From Bacilli bacterium (GTDB taxonomy: Bacteria > Bacillota_I > Bacilli_A > RF39 > UBA660), in the NCBI GenBank assembly GCA_017934595.1, contig JAGBJG010000008.1, positions 723 to 64,722 of the forward strand: 64,000 nt of DNA, in the 5' to 3' direction. This document shows positions 8,131 through 17,627 of the stretch, in pieces (positions within the stretch are counted from its first letter, which is position 1; each line of letters starts with the position of its first letter). The notes under the pieces are model-generated. The model ran no database searches. It was not told the DNA's origin and saw nothing but the letters and a program-made list of their open reading frames with translations. The position numbers and the translations under genes are program-made.

Positions 8131-8567
8131 TGACAGTAACTGAAATAGAAGAAAAAATGGCTCAAACATTATATTATGGTAATGCTAAAGAAAGAGCTAT
8201 TACAGAAGAAGAAAAAGCAAGATTTGCTGGGTTAGAAGCACAAGGACACGAAAAGGCAGTTAACATGATTGTTGAAATGTCTAAAACTCCTGAAGCACAA
8301 GCTAAGATGACTCCAGAAGAAAAAGAGAATTTTGATTTAACAGTTAGTAGCATGTTTGATAGAGTAACTACAAATGTACTTATGAAAGAAGCAGAACAAA
8401 AACTTGCTGAAGTAACTGCAACTCATGAACAAGTTGTTGATGATGTTATGAACTTAGCTGGTGATATGGTAATTGCTAGTGCAGAAGCTACTGGAAATGC
8501 TTTACCTACTGATGCAGATTTATATTCAGAAGCTGATCAATCAATAGAAGGAAGTAGAAGTAGATAA
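8130..8567 (+). CDS. Hypothetical acidic Ala/Glu-rich helical protein
   Basis: 145-aa ORF. Its start overlaps the upstream stop (TAATG), and a strong terminator follows. Confidence 0.6.
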   Translation: MTVTEIEEKMAQTLYYGNAKERAITEEEKARFAGLEAQGHEKAVNMIVEMSKTPEAQAKMTPEEKENFDLTVSSMFDRVTTNVLMKEAEQKLAEVTATHEQVVDDVMNLAGDMVIASAEATGNALPTDADLYSEADQSIEGSRSR

Positions 8568-8582
8568 TATCTACTTTTTTTG
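8559..8582 (+). terminator. Rho-independent terminator
   Basis: agtagat-aat-atctact followed by T7. Confidence 0.75.
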
Positions 8583-8631
8583 TGTCATAAAATATATATT
8601 TTTAAATATACTTAAATGAAAGGGGAATACT

Positions 8632-9276
8632 ATGAAAAAGTTGATTCCATTTAAAAAAGAAATAGATTTAGGTAATTTATATGAAGTAACTAGTATATCT
8701 TTAGAACATAATTTATCTAAAAAAGATAATGTAGTGTCTGGTAATTTTATAGTTAGTGGTGAATATCTTACGACAGAAACTAGTAAAGATACAATACCAT
8801 TTAATTATGATATACCTTTTACTATTGATATTGATAATATGTATGATATTAGTAATGCCAGTATTGATATAGATGATTTTTATTATGAGATTATTAATAA
8901 TAAAATATTATCTATTAATATTGAAGTAAAACTTGATAAAGTAGAAGAATTACTATTAGAAAGAGAGGCTATTATGGATAATGTAGATTTATTAAGTGAT
9001 AATACTATAGATTTAGATGTAACTGATAATAATATAGAAATAAATAATTATAATGATGTAGTTATAGAAGATAAAGATATTAAAAAATCACTATTTTCTA
9101 ATTTGGATAATACAGACAATTATGTTAATTATAGAGTCTATATAGTAAGAGAAAATGATAGTATAGAATCTATAATGAAAAAATATAATGTTACTAAAAA
9201 TATATTAGAAGATTATAATGATTTAAATAATATGAAAATAGGGGATAAAATAATTATTCCATATGTTAAAGATTAA
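8632..9276 (+). CDS. SpoVID-like spore morphogenetic protein with a C-terminal LysM domain
   Basis: The C-terminus YRVYIVRENDSIESIMKKYNVTKNILEDYNDLNNMKIGDKIIIPY is a LysM motif. The gene is followed by a ysxE-like gene and lies near valS, as in the Bacillus spoVID-ysxE arrangement. Confidence 0.55.
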   Translation: MKKLIPFKKEIDLGNLYEVTSISLEHNLSKKDNVVSGNFIVSGEYLTTETSKDTIPFNYDIPFTIDIDNMYDISNASIDIDDFYYEIINNKILSINIEVKLDKVEELLLEREAIMDNVDLLSDNTIDLDVTDNNIEINNYNDVVIEDKDIKKSLFSNLDNTDNYVNYRVYIVRENDSIESIMKKYNVTKNILEDYNDLNNMKIGDKIIIPYVKD

Positions 9277-10153
9277 AGATGAATTAAGAAAATATAATTT
9301 AATTCCATATAGATATCAAAATGTAGGTAATGTAAGTATTGTAGATACTTCTAAAGGTAAATATGTTTTTAAAAAGAATATAGATAATAATATTTTTGAA
9401 TATTTAAATTCTAGGAACTTTAATTATTATCCTATAGTTATAAGTGAACCTTCATCTGATTATTTAATAACTAAATATATTAAAGGTATAGATATATCTT
9501 CTGAACAAAAGATTGATGATATGATAGATTTAGTATCATTATTACATAATAAAACTACCCACTATAAAGAAGTGGATAGTGATTCATATAATGAAATATA
9601 TGAGGATATATCTAATAATATAGAATATTTATATAATTATTATAATGATTTAATGACTATTATAGAAAGTAAAGTATTCATGAGTCCATCTGAATATATG
9701 TTATCTTTAAATATATCTAAAGTATATGAAAGATTAAGTTATGCATATAACGAGTTAAATAGATGGTATAAAAAAGTTAAGGATAAGAAGAAAAAAAGAA
9801 TGGTTTTGATACATAATAATTTAAGATTAGACCACTTTATTTTAGATGATAAACCATACTTAATAAGTTGGGATAAATCTAAATTAGATATGCCTATATT
9901 TGATCTATACAAATTATATAAAAATAATGAATCTTTTGATTTCAGTGAAGCATTAAAAAGATATGAACATGAGTATAAATTATTAGATTATGAAAAAGAA
10001 TTACTTTTTATATTAATATCATTACCAGATAAGATAGAATTTAATGATTCTAATATAAATATGTGTATGAAGATATCTAATATGATAAATATATTAGATA
10101 GAGCTAGAGAACTTACCTTACCAAATAATTTTGAAAAAACAAAAAATAATTAA
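9263..10153 (+). CDS. YsxE/CotS-family spore coat kinase-like protein
   Basis: 296-aa ORF with an N-terminal nucleotide-binding-like stretch (IVDTSKGKYVFKK) and IHNNLRLDHFIL (a catalytic-loop-like H-x-D/N). The start overlaps the spoVID-like gene. Confidence 0.55.
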   Translation: MLKIKDELRKYNLIPYRYQNVGNVSIVDTSKGKYVFKKNIDNNIFEYLNSRNFNYYPIVISEPSSDYLITKYIKGIDISSEQKIDDMIDLVSLLHNKTTHYKEVDSDSYNEIYEDISNNIEYLYNYYNDLMTIIESKVFMSPSEYMLSLNISKVYERLSYAYNELNRWYKKVKDKKKKRMVLIHNNLRLDHFILDDKPYLISWDKSKLDMPIFDLYKLYKNNESFDFSEALKRYEHEYKLLDYEKELLFILISLPDKIEFNDSNINMCMKISNMINILDRARELTLPNNFEKTKNN

Positions 10154-10294
10154 AAACCAAAATACAAAAACGAGGAATAAACTAAATCTTGTAACAACAA
10201 AGAACGCGATTAGAATTTGATATAGGAATAGTATTATAGCCGCGAATAAAAGTAAAAACCATATTCCTCTTTTGTTAAACCAACATCTATTCAC
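10118..10294 (-). CDS. Possible 58-aa two-TM hydrophobic small protein (not in track)
   Basis: GTG start preceded by AGGTGATATT, the same RBS spacing as gene 7585. Translation is MNRCWFNKRGIWFLLLFAAIILFLYQILIAFFVVTRFSLFLVFVFWFLIIFCFFKIIW. It could equally be a T-rich shadow frame. Confidence 0.25.
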   Translation of the reverse strand: MNRCWFNKRGIWFLLLFAAIILFLYQILIAFFVVTRFSLFLVFVFWFLIIFCFFKIIW

Positions 10295-10395
10295 AATATC
10301 ACCTGATATATAATATGAATTTATATATTAATGGTATAGGCTTTTAATTATTGTTTTTTTTATTCTTCTATTATATAATTATAATAGGTGATAGC

Positions 10396-11133
10396 ATGAA
10401 TAATAAAGGGTTTGCTATATCAAGTATTATGTATGGGATATTGATTATCTTTTTGATACTTGTTTTTTCAACATTATCTATTTTGGTTACAAGAGGTAAT
10501 TCTTTATCTAAGATTAAGAATAATGCTTTAAATACCATAATAGGTGGTAGTGATGATACTGCAGTAATGTCTAATATTGTAGCTGATTTTTCTTCGATGA
10601 ATATTACTTCTGATGCAGCTGATCATGTGACAATTAATTATAATATTAATGTATATTCTCCATATGGATATGTTATTGAAAGTAGTGTAAGTGGTAATAC
10701 AATTACATATACTGCTTCATCTTCTGGTGAAGTTATTGATACAGTAACTAAAACATTGGTGACAGATGCATCTCCATTAGTACATGATTATGAATATAAA
10801 AAAGGATATGAAAAAGTATTATTAAATCCAGGACTATATAAATTGGATGTTTGGGGAGCTAAAACAACAGCTAATGGTAATCATGCATCTGGATATTTAT
10901 ATTTAGAAGAAAAGAAAATTGTTTATATCTATGTAGGTGGTAAAGGAAGAACAGGCTATAATGCTGGCCATAGTCATATTTCATATAATGAAGGCTTATT
11001 ATCTACTTTAGGAGAAAATATTATTATATCTGATGGTTATATAGGTGGTGTAACTGAGGGTAATATAGAAAATGAAGTTAGGACTGGTAATGGAAAAGTT
11101 ACAATAACTAGTTTAATTTACTTTACAAAATAA
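10396..11133 (+). CDS. Pilin-leader (pseudopilin-like, lacks Glu+5) protein with a short version of the YK(I/L)(E/D)(L/V)WGA...GNGxxxIT domain
   Basis: ATG 10396 lies behind an AGGTGAT RBS. MNNKGFAISSIMYGILIIFLILVF is a class III signal-like leader. The C-terminal motifs YKLDVWGA, IVYIYVGGKG and GNGKVTITSL match those of the 41332 protein. Confidence 0.7.
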   Translation: MNNKGFAISSIMYGILIIFLILVFSTLSILVTRGNSLSKIKNNALNTIIGGSDDTAVMSNIVADFSSMNITSDAADHVTINYNINVYSPYGYVIESSVSGNTITYTASSSGEVIDTVTKTLVTDASPLVHDYEYKKGYEKVLLNPGLYKLDVWGAKTTANGNHASGYLYLEEKKIVYIYVGGKGRTGYNAGHSHISYNEGLLSTLGENIIISDGYIGGVTEGNIENEVRTGNGKVTITSLIYFTK

Positions 11134-11156
11134 ATAGATTAATATATAATACATGT

Positions 11157-11372
11157 AATGACTTTGATGAAGAGGAGTATAGTATCGTAGTATAAAGAGA
11201 GGAATCGGTTGGTGTAAGATTCTTATGAAAGTACTAGAAGGTAGCTTCGGAGTTTTTTATCTAAGTAAATAGGATATTACGGTCACGCGTTATAGTGTTA
11301 AGGTCTAGAAATAGATAAATTAAGGTGGTACCACGACTAGTTCGTCCTTTATGGATGGCTAGTTTTTTTATT
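11157..11372 (+). promoter_or_regulatory. T-box leader (valS)
   Basis: Promoter TTTACA (11122) -17- TATAAT (11145). AGAGA-type stem I elements are present, and a GTA codon sits in the candidate specifier region (aaaGTAc). The T-box core AAGGTGGTACCACG lies at about 11322..11335. Antiterminator: AAGG/CCTT plus ACGA/TCGT. Terminator: ACTAGTTCGTCC...GGATGGCTAGT followed by T7. Confidence 0.8.
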
Positions 11373-11387
11373 TGAAAGGGTGATTTT

Positions 11388-13913
11388 ATGTTAGATACTA
11401 AATATGATCATAATTCTGTTGAAGAAGGAAAATATGAAAAATGGTTAAATAATGGATACTTTAAATGTGATGAAAATTCAAGTAAACCTCCATTTTGTAT
11501 AGTTCTTCCACCTCCTAATGTTACAGGTGTATTACATTTAGGACATGCATGGGATGTTACATTACAAGATATCATTATTAGATATAAAAAGATGGAAGGA
11601 TATGATTCTTTCTGGTTACCAGGAATGGATCATGCTGCTATAGCTACAGAAGCTAAAGTTGTAAAAAGATTAAAAGATAAAGGTATCGATAAATATGAGT
11701 ATGGTAGAGAAAAATTCTTAGAAGCTTGTTGGGATTGGACACATGAACATGGTGATATCATTAGAAAACAATGGGCTAAAATGGGAATCGCATTAGACTA
11801 TACTAAAGAAAGATTTACTTTAGATGAAGGTTTATCTAAAGCTGTTAGAAAAGTATTTGTAGATTATTATAATGAGGGATTAATCTATCGTGGTGAAAAG
11901 ATAATTAACTGGGATCCAGCAGCTGAAACAGCTTTATCAAATGAAGAAGTTATTTATTCTGAAGAAAAATCAGCATTCTATCATTTAAAATATATGGTTG
12001 AAGGTACAGATGAATATTTAGATGTTGCTACTACAAGACCAGAAACATTATTTGGTGATACTGCAGTTGCCGTTAATGAAAATGATGCACGTTATCAAAA
12101 ATATATTGGTAAAAATGTAATTCTACCTATTATGAATAAACCAATCCCAGTTATTGCAGATGAACATGCTGATATGGAAAAAGGTACAGGTGTAGTTAAA
12201 ATTACTCCTGCACATGACCCTAACGACTTTGAGGTTGGTAATAGACATAATTTGGAAAGAATTTGTATCATGAATGATGACGCTACTATGAATGAAAATG
12301 TTCCTGAAAAATATAGAGGAATGACTAGAGAAGATTGTAGGGAAGCAGTTTTAAAAGATTTAGAAGAAGCAGGTTTATTATTAGAAGTAGAACCATTAGT
12401 ACATGAAGTAGGTCACTCTGAAAGAACAGGTGTTATGGTTGAACCAATGGTAAAAAAACAATGGTTTGTTAAGATGAGACCTTTAGCAGATCATGTATTA
12501 GAAACTCAAAAGAAAAAAGATGAAAAAGTTAACTTTGTACCTGCTAGATATGAAAAGACTATGAATCACTGGATGGAAATTACATATGATTGGTGTATTT
12601 CTAGACAATTATGGTGGGGTCATAGAATACCTGCTTGGTATAAAGGTGATGAAATATATGTAGGTATGGAAGCTCCATCTGAAGAAGGTTGGGTACAAGA
12701 TAATGATGTATTAGATACTTGGTTTTCTAGTGCTTTATGGCCATTCGCTACATTAGGTTGGCCAGATAATACTAAATTATTAGAAAAATATTATCCAAAT
12801 AGTGTGTTAGTTACAGGATATGATATTATTCCATTCTGGGTTAATAGAATGACTTTCCAAGGTGAAAAATTACTAGGTAAAAGACCATTTAAAGATTGTT
12901 TAATCCATGGTTTAATTAGAGATAAACAAGGTAGAAAATTCAGTAAATCATTAGGAAATGGTATTGATCCATTTGATATGGTTTCTTTATATGGCGCAGA
13001 TGCATTGAGATATTACTTAGCTACTGATGTTGCCCCTGGTACTGATATGAGATTTGATGAAGAAAAAATCAAATCTACATGGAATTACATTAACAAAATA
13101 TGGAATGCTTCTAGATTTACATTAATGAATATTGAAGGATTAAAAGAATATACATTTGATAATTTAACAAGTGAAGATAAATGGATTTTATCTGAATATG
13201 AAAAATGTATTCATGATACTAAGAAATTTATGGATAAATATGAATTCAATAATGCAGGTAATATTATCTATGAATTTACATGGGATAAGTTCTGTTCTAA
13301 TTATATTGAATTTGCTAAATTTAATAGTGATTCCTTAACTACAAAATCAGTATTATGTTATGTATTAACTGGTATATTAAAGATGTTACATCCATTTATG
13401 CCATATGTAACAGAAGAAATATATGGTATGTTACCAATTAAAGATGCAGAATCAATTATGATTTCAACATATCCAGAATATGATAAGAAATTCATTTTTA
13501 AAGATGATGCTAAATTAGTTGATGATAAGATTGAATTTATCAAAGCGTTTAGAAATGTTAAAACAGAAAATAATATTCCTAAAGACGCTAAAGTCATGAT
13601 TAATACAGATGATGAAATTATTATTAAGATGTTAAAATTACAAGATGTTATAATAACTAAACCTCTAGATATCAAATCATACAATGTTAAATATTCATCT
13701 TATGAAGCTACTATCTTCTATCAAAAAGAAGAAACTGAAGAAGATAAGATGCTATTAGAAAAACAAATTAGTGATTTAAAAGCATCTATTGAAAGAAGAG
13801 AAAAACTTCTATCTAATGAAAATTATGTTAATAAAGCCCCAGCTAATATAGTTGAAGCAGATAGGCAAAAATTAGAAGAAGAAAAAGCTAAATTAGAACT
13901 TCTATTAAAATAA
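11388..13913 (+). CDS. valS: Valyl-tRNA synthetase
   Basis: PPPNVTGVLHLGH (HIGH), KFSKSLGN (KMSKS) and a C-terminal coiled coil; 841 aa. Confidence 0.97.
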   Translation: MLDTKYDHNSVEEGKYEKWLNNGYFKCDENSSKPPFCIVLPPPNVTGVLHLGHAWDVTLQDIIIRYKKMEGYDSFWLPGMDHAAIATEAKVVKRLKDKGIDKYEYGREKFLEACWDWTHEHGDIIRKQWAKMGIALDYTKERFTLDEGLSKAVRKVFVDYYNEGLIYRGEKIINWDPAAETALSNEEVIYSEEKSAFYHLKYMVEGTDEYLDVATTRPETLFGDTAVAVNENDARYQKYIGKNVILPIMNKPIPVIADEHADMEKGTGVVKITPAHDPNDFEVGNRHNLERICIMNDDATMNENVPEKYRGMTREDCREAVLKDLEEAGLLLEVEPLVHEVGHSERTGVMVEPMVKKQWFVKMRPLADHVLETQKKKDEKVNFVPARYEKTMNHWMEITYDWCISRQLWWGHRIPAWYKGDEIYVGMEAPSEEGWVQDNDVLDTWFSSALWPFATLGWPDNTKLLEKYYPNSVLVTGYDIIPFWVNRMTFQGEKLLGKRPFKDCLIHGLIRDKQGRKFSKSLGNGIDPFDMVSLYGADALRYYLATDVAPGTDMRFDEEKIKSTWNYINKIWNASRFTLMNIEGLKEYTFDNLTSEDKWILSEYEKCIHDTKKFMDKYEFNNAGNIIYEFTWDKFCSNYIEFAKFNSDSLTTKSVLCYVLTGILKMLHPFMPYVTEEIYGMLPIKDAESIMISTYPEYDKKFIFKDDAKLVDDKIEFIKAFRNVKTENNIPKDAKVMINTDDEIIIKMLKLQDVIITKPLDIKSYNVKYSSYEATIFYQKEETEEDKMLLEKQISDLKASIERREKLLSNENYVNKAPANIVEADRQKLEEEKAKLELLLK

Positions 13914-13938
13914 GAGATTTTATATCTCTTTTCTTTTT
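13912..13938 (+). terminator. Rho-independent terminator after valS
   Basis: aagagat-tttat-atctctt followed by a T-rich run. Confidence 0.65.
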
Positions 13939-13985
13939 ATTATAAATAAAATATGGTATAATTAAATAGTATTAGAGGTGATGAT

Positions 13986-15140
13986 ATGAAGGTATGTATT
14001 ATACTTCCTAAGGGACTACCTGTGCCAGCTACAAAGGGTGGCGCAATAGAGACATTGATGAATGATATCGCGTTATGTAATGAAAAATATAACAAGTTAG
14101 ATATCACTATTGTATCAACTTATGAAGCAAAGGCTTTAGAAGAATCTAAGAAGTTTAAAAATACTAAATTTATTTATATTAACACTTCTAAATTATCATT
14201 TAAAATAAAAGCTTTAAAAGTTAGAATAGCTAATTTATTTGGTAAACATTTGAATACATATAATGAATGTGTTTTAGATGAAATAAAAAAAGATAAATAT
14301 GATTATGTCTTAGTAGAAGATGGCGCTTATCATTCTTTTGTTAGCTATTTAAAATATTTTAAAAAAGATCAAATGATATTACATTTCCATCATAATGGAA
14401 TGTCTGATGAATATGCAGATGCGACATTTGGTAGATTTATAGGTGTAAGTAAATTTGTTACAAATACATTTAAAAATTCATCATCTATAAAAAAATGTGA
14501 AGTTTTGAAAAATGGTATCAATATAGATAAATTTAAAAAGAATGTTACAGCTAAAGAAAAAGAAGAAATAAAAAGTGAATTAGGTTTTTCAAAAGATGAT
14601 TTTATTGTTATGTATTGTGGAAGACTAGCTCCTGAAAAGGGTGTTTTAGAACTTGTACGTGCTATTAACATGATAGATGATGATAAAGTTAAATTAATGC
14701 TAGTGGGATCAATTAATTTTGGTATGCAAGCTAAAAGTGAATATTTTGATATGTTAACAGAAGAAATTAATAAGACAGATAGAATTAAAGCAACAGGTTT
14801 TATTCCTAATAATGAAATATATAAATATTATAAAACTGCTGATATTGATGTAATACCATCAATATGTGAAGATGCTGCTCCTTTAGTTACAGTTGAAGTA
14901 ATGGCATCAGGAACACCATTGATAATAACTAAATCAGGTGGAGCTCCTGAATATGCATCTATTGATACAATTATTGTACCAAAAGATGATATGATATCAT
15001 CTCATTTAAAAGATGCCATTTTAAAACTATATAAAGATTCTAAATTAAGAGATAAGATGAGTAAGAGTGGCTTAGAAAAAGCAAAAGAATTTACCACTGA
15101 AAATTTCTATTTTGATTTTGTTAAATTATTTATAAAGTAG
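13986..15140 (+). CDS. GT4-family (GT-B) glycosyltransferase
   Basis: C-terminal EDAAPLVTVEVMASGTPLI (E-x7-E type motif); 384 aa. Confidence 0.8.
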   Translation: MKVCIILPKGLPVPATKGGAIETLMNDIALCNEKYNKLDITIVSTYEAKALEESKKFKNTKFIYINTSKLSFKIKALKVRIANLFGKHLNTYNECVLDEIKKDKYDYVLVEDGAYHSFVSYLKYFKKDQMILHFHHNGMSDEYADATFGRFIGVSKFVTNTFKNSSSIKKCEVLKNGINIDKFKKNVTAKEKEEIKSELGFSKDDFIVMYCGRLAPEKGVLELVRAINMIDDDKVKLMLVGSINFGMQAKSEYFDMLTEEINKTDRIKATGFIPNNEIYKYYKTADIDVIPSICEDAAPLVTVEVMASGTPLIITKSGGAPEYASIDTIIVPKDDMISSHLKDAILKLYKDSKLRDKMSKSGLEKAKEFTTENFYFDFVKLFIK

Positions 15141-15147
15141 GTGTATT

Positions 15148-16644
15148 ATGAGAACTAAAAAAGTTTTCTTAAATTTATTAAGTGAAGTACTTCCTCAACT
15201 AATAATCGCGGTTATTAGTTTTGTTCGTGTAAAAATATTTTTAACATATATTGGCGATGAAATATTAGGTGTATATCAATTATTCGGTCAAGTACTTGCA
15301 TACTTATCATTAGCTGAATTGGGTTTAACTGATGCGGCTATGTATTTCTTATATAAACCTTTATATGAAAAGAAAAATAAAGATATTTCTGCTTTAATAT
15401 CTGGTGTTAAGAAAAGTTTCAATTATGTAATGATGGCTATGTTAGTTATAGGATGTGCCTTATCATTTTTAGTACCACATTTAATAGCTGAAAATACACT
15501 ACCTAATCCTTTTATAATAACTTGTTTCATTTTAACTTTACTTGTAAATGTATTAGGATATTTTTCTACAACATATACAGTACTATTTAATGCTGATCAA
15601 AATAAATATAAATATTCTTTCTATACACAAGGATTACTTATATTAAGAAATATTGCTGATATAGTAGTAATTATATTCTTAAAGAATTTATATGCTGTAT
15701 TAGTAGTAGAAATATTATTTACATTATTACAAAATTTAGTAATGAAAGTATTATATAAGAAAAATTATCCTAATATATCAGTTAAAGAAAAACCAAATTA
15801 TGTATTTTGGTCAAAAACTAAATCTTTAATACCACATAAAATAGGTGGATTAATTGCTTATAATATTGATGTTATTTTAGTATCTAAAATATTAGGATTG
15901 GGTCATGTTGTTATATATAATGCTTATTATGCAATTACATCTGTTATATCAAATATAATTGGTAAGTTTAGTTCATCTACCTTAGCGTCTGTTGGTAACT
16001 TATTAGTTGCAGAGCCTAAAAAAGCTTATAATGTCTTTTTAGAATATAATGATATGTTATTCTTTATAGCTAATATTATATGTGTGCCTTTAGCTGTATT
16101 CTTAACACCATTTATAAGTTTATGGTATGGGGCTAATTATACTGTTGGTAATATTACAATGTATTTATTTATATTTAACTTATTATATGGAATTATAAGA
16201 ATAATTCTTAATGTATATTCTGGAGCAGCTGCCTTATATAAAGAAACTTTAATATGTACTTACTTAGAAGCTCTTATTAATTTAGTAGTTTCATTAGTAC
16301 TTATCTTAAACGGATTTGGTATAGCAGGATTACTAGCAGGTACAGCTTCGTCTATGTTAATATCTGAATTTATGATTAAACCGTCAATATTAAATAAACA
16401 TATCTTTAAATCATCAATATCTAAATATTATTTAGATTCATTAATATTATTTATTTTAATTATCGTTAATATAGTAATATTTAAATTTATTATGAATTAT
16501 TTTACTATATCAAATTTATTAATATGGTTTATATATGGTATAGTTATATTCATATTAAATTTTGGTTTAACATTTGTATGGTTTAAACTTTTAGGCAAAG
16601 ATGAATTCTTTAAAAGAATTACAGTTGTCTTTAAAAGGAGCTGA
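15148..16644 (+). CDS. wzx: Wzx-type (MOP superfamily) oligosaccharide flippase
   Basis: 498 aa, polytopic (12 or more hydrophobic helices), located inside a glycosyltransferase cluster. Confidence 0.7.
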   Translation: MRTKKVFLNLLSEVLPQLIIAVISFVRVKIFLTYIGDEILGVYQLFGQVLAYLSLAELGLTDAAMYFLYKPLYEKKNKDISALISGVKKSFNYVMMAMLVIGCALSFLVPHLIAENTLPNPFIITCFILTLLVNVLGYFSTTYTVLFNADQNKYKYSFYTQGLLILRNIADIVVIIFLKNLYAVLVVEILFTLLQNLVMKVLYKKNYPNISVKEKPNYVFWSKTKSLIPHKIGGLIAYNIDVILVSKILGLGHVVIYNAYYAITSVISNIIGKFSSSTLASVGNLLVAEPKKAYNVFLEYNDMLFFIANIICVPLAVFLTPFISLWYGANYTVGNITMYLFIFNLLYGIIRIILNVYSGAAALYKETLICTYLEALINLVVSLVLILNGFGIAGLLAGTASSMLISEFMIKPSILNKHIFKSSISKYYLDSLILFILIIVNIVIFKFIMNYFTISNLLIWFIYGIVIFILNFGLTFVWFKLLGKDEFFKRITVVFKRS

Positions 16645-16648
16645 TTAG

Positions 16649-17623
16649 ATGAAAGTTAGTATAATAGTTCCAGTATATAACATGGAAAAAAGATTAAATA
16701 AATGTTTAGATTCATTGACTAATCAAACATATAAAGATATCGAAATTATTATCGTTAATGATGGTAGTATGGATCGTAGCTTAGATATTATAAGAGATTA
16801 TCAAGCTAAAGACTCTAGAATAAATGTCATTAATCAAAGAAATATGGGTATCAGTGAAGCTAGAAATAATGGACTAGCTATAGCTACTGGCGACTATATT
16901 TGTTTCACGGATAGTGATGACTATATAGAACTTGATATGATAGAGGAATTAGTAAATAAGATAACTATGGATAAATCAGATATTGTAGTATGTGATTATT
17001 ATATGTTTGATGATCAAACTAGAAAAGTTATTGAAGTGGGTTACGATGAATTATTCGGTGGTAGTATTTATGATAATCCTAATATTATTAAAGATATTGA
17101 CTTCGCCCCATGGAATAAGATATATAAAAAAGAATTATTTGATTCTATCAAATTCCCTGTAAATACTAAGTATGAAGATTTTGAAGCTATTTTAAAAGTA
17201 TTTAGTAAAGCTTCTAAAATAACAAAATTAAATAAACCATTATATGATTATTATTTTAATATGTCTGGTGAAACAAGAAATCAAACAGTTAAAAATATGG
17301 ATATGTTAAAAATAGCCATTAATTTAGAAGAATATTTTGATTTTAATGGTAAGAGTGTAGTTTTAAGAGATGCTTATGTTTCAACAGTATCTGAAAAATT
17401 ATTACATTCTGCATCAACATTATTTAAAATAACTACTTTAAAAGTATGTTTAAAATATATAAATGATGTATATAAATATTTAAATAAATATCCTCATTGG
17501 AAAAAATTATATAGAAAAAATAAATTAGATAGTAATTATATAAAGTTTATAAGAGGACATAAATTTATGTTAAAGTTATATGCAATTTTAAGAATTACTT
17601 TATATAAGATAATAGGTAGGTGA
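16649..17623 (+). CDS. GT2-family glycosyltransferase
   Basis: MKVSIIVPVYNMEKRLNKCLDSLTNQTYKDIEIIIVNDGS...DSDD. Confidence 0.85.
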   Translation: MKVSIIVPVYNMEKRLNKCLDSLTNQTYKDIEIIIVNDGSMDRSLDIIRDYQAKDSRINVINQRNMGISEARNNGLAIATGDYICFTDSDDYIELDMIEELVNKITMDKSDIVVCDYYMFDDQTRKVIEVGYDELFGGSIYDNPNIIKDIDFAPWNKIYKKELFDSIKFPVNTKYEDFEAILKVFSKASKITKLNKPLYDYYFNMSGETRNQTVKNMDMLKIAINLEEYFDFNGKSVVLRDAYVSTVSEKLLHSASTLFKITTLKVCLKYINDVYKYLNKYPHWKKLYRKNKLDSNYIKFIRGHKFMLKLYAILRITLYKIIGR

Positions 17624-17627
17624 TAAT

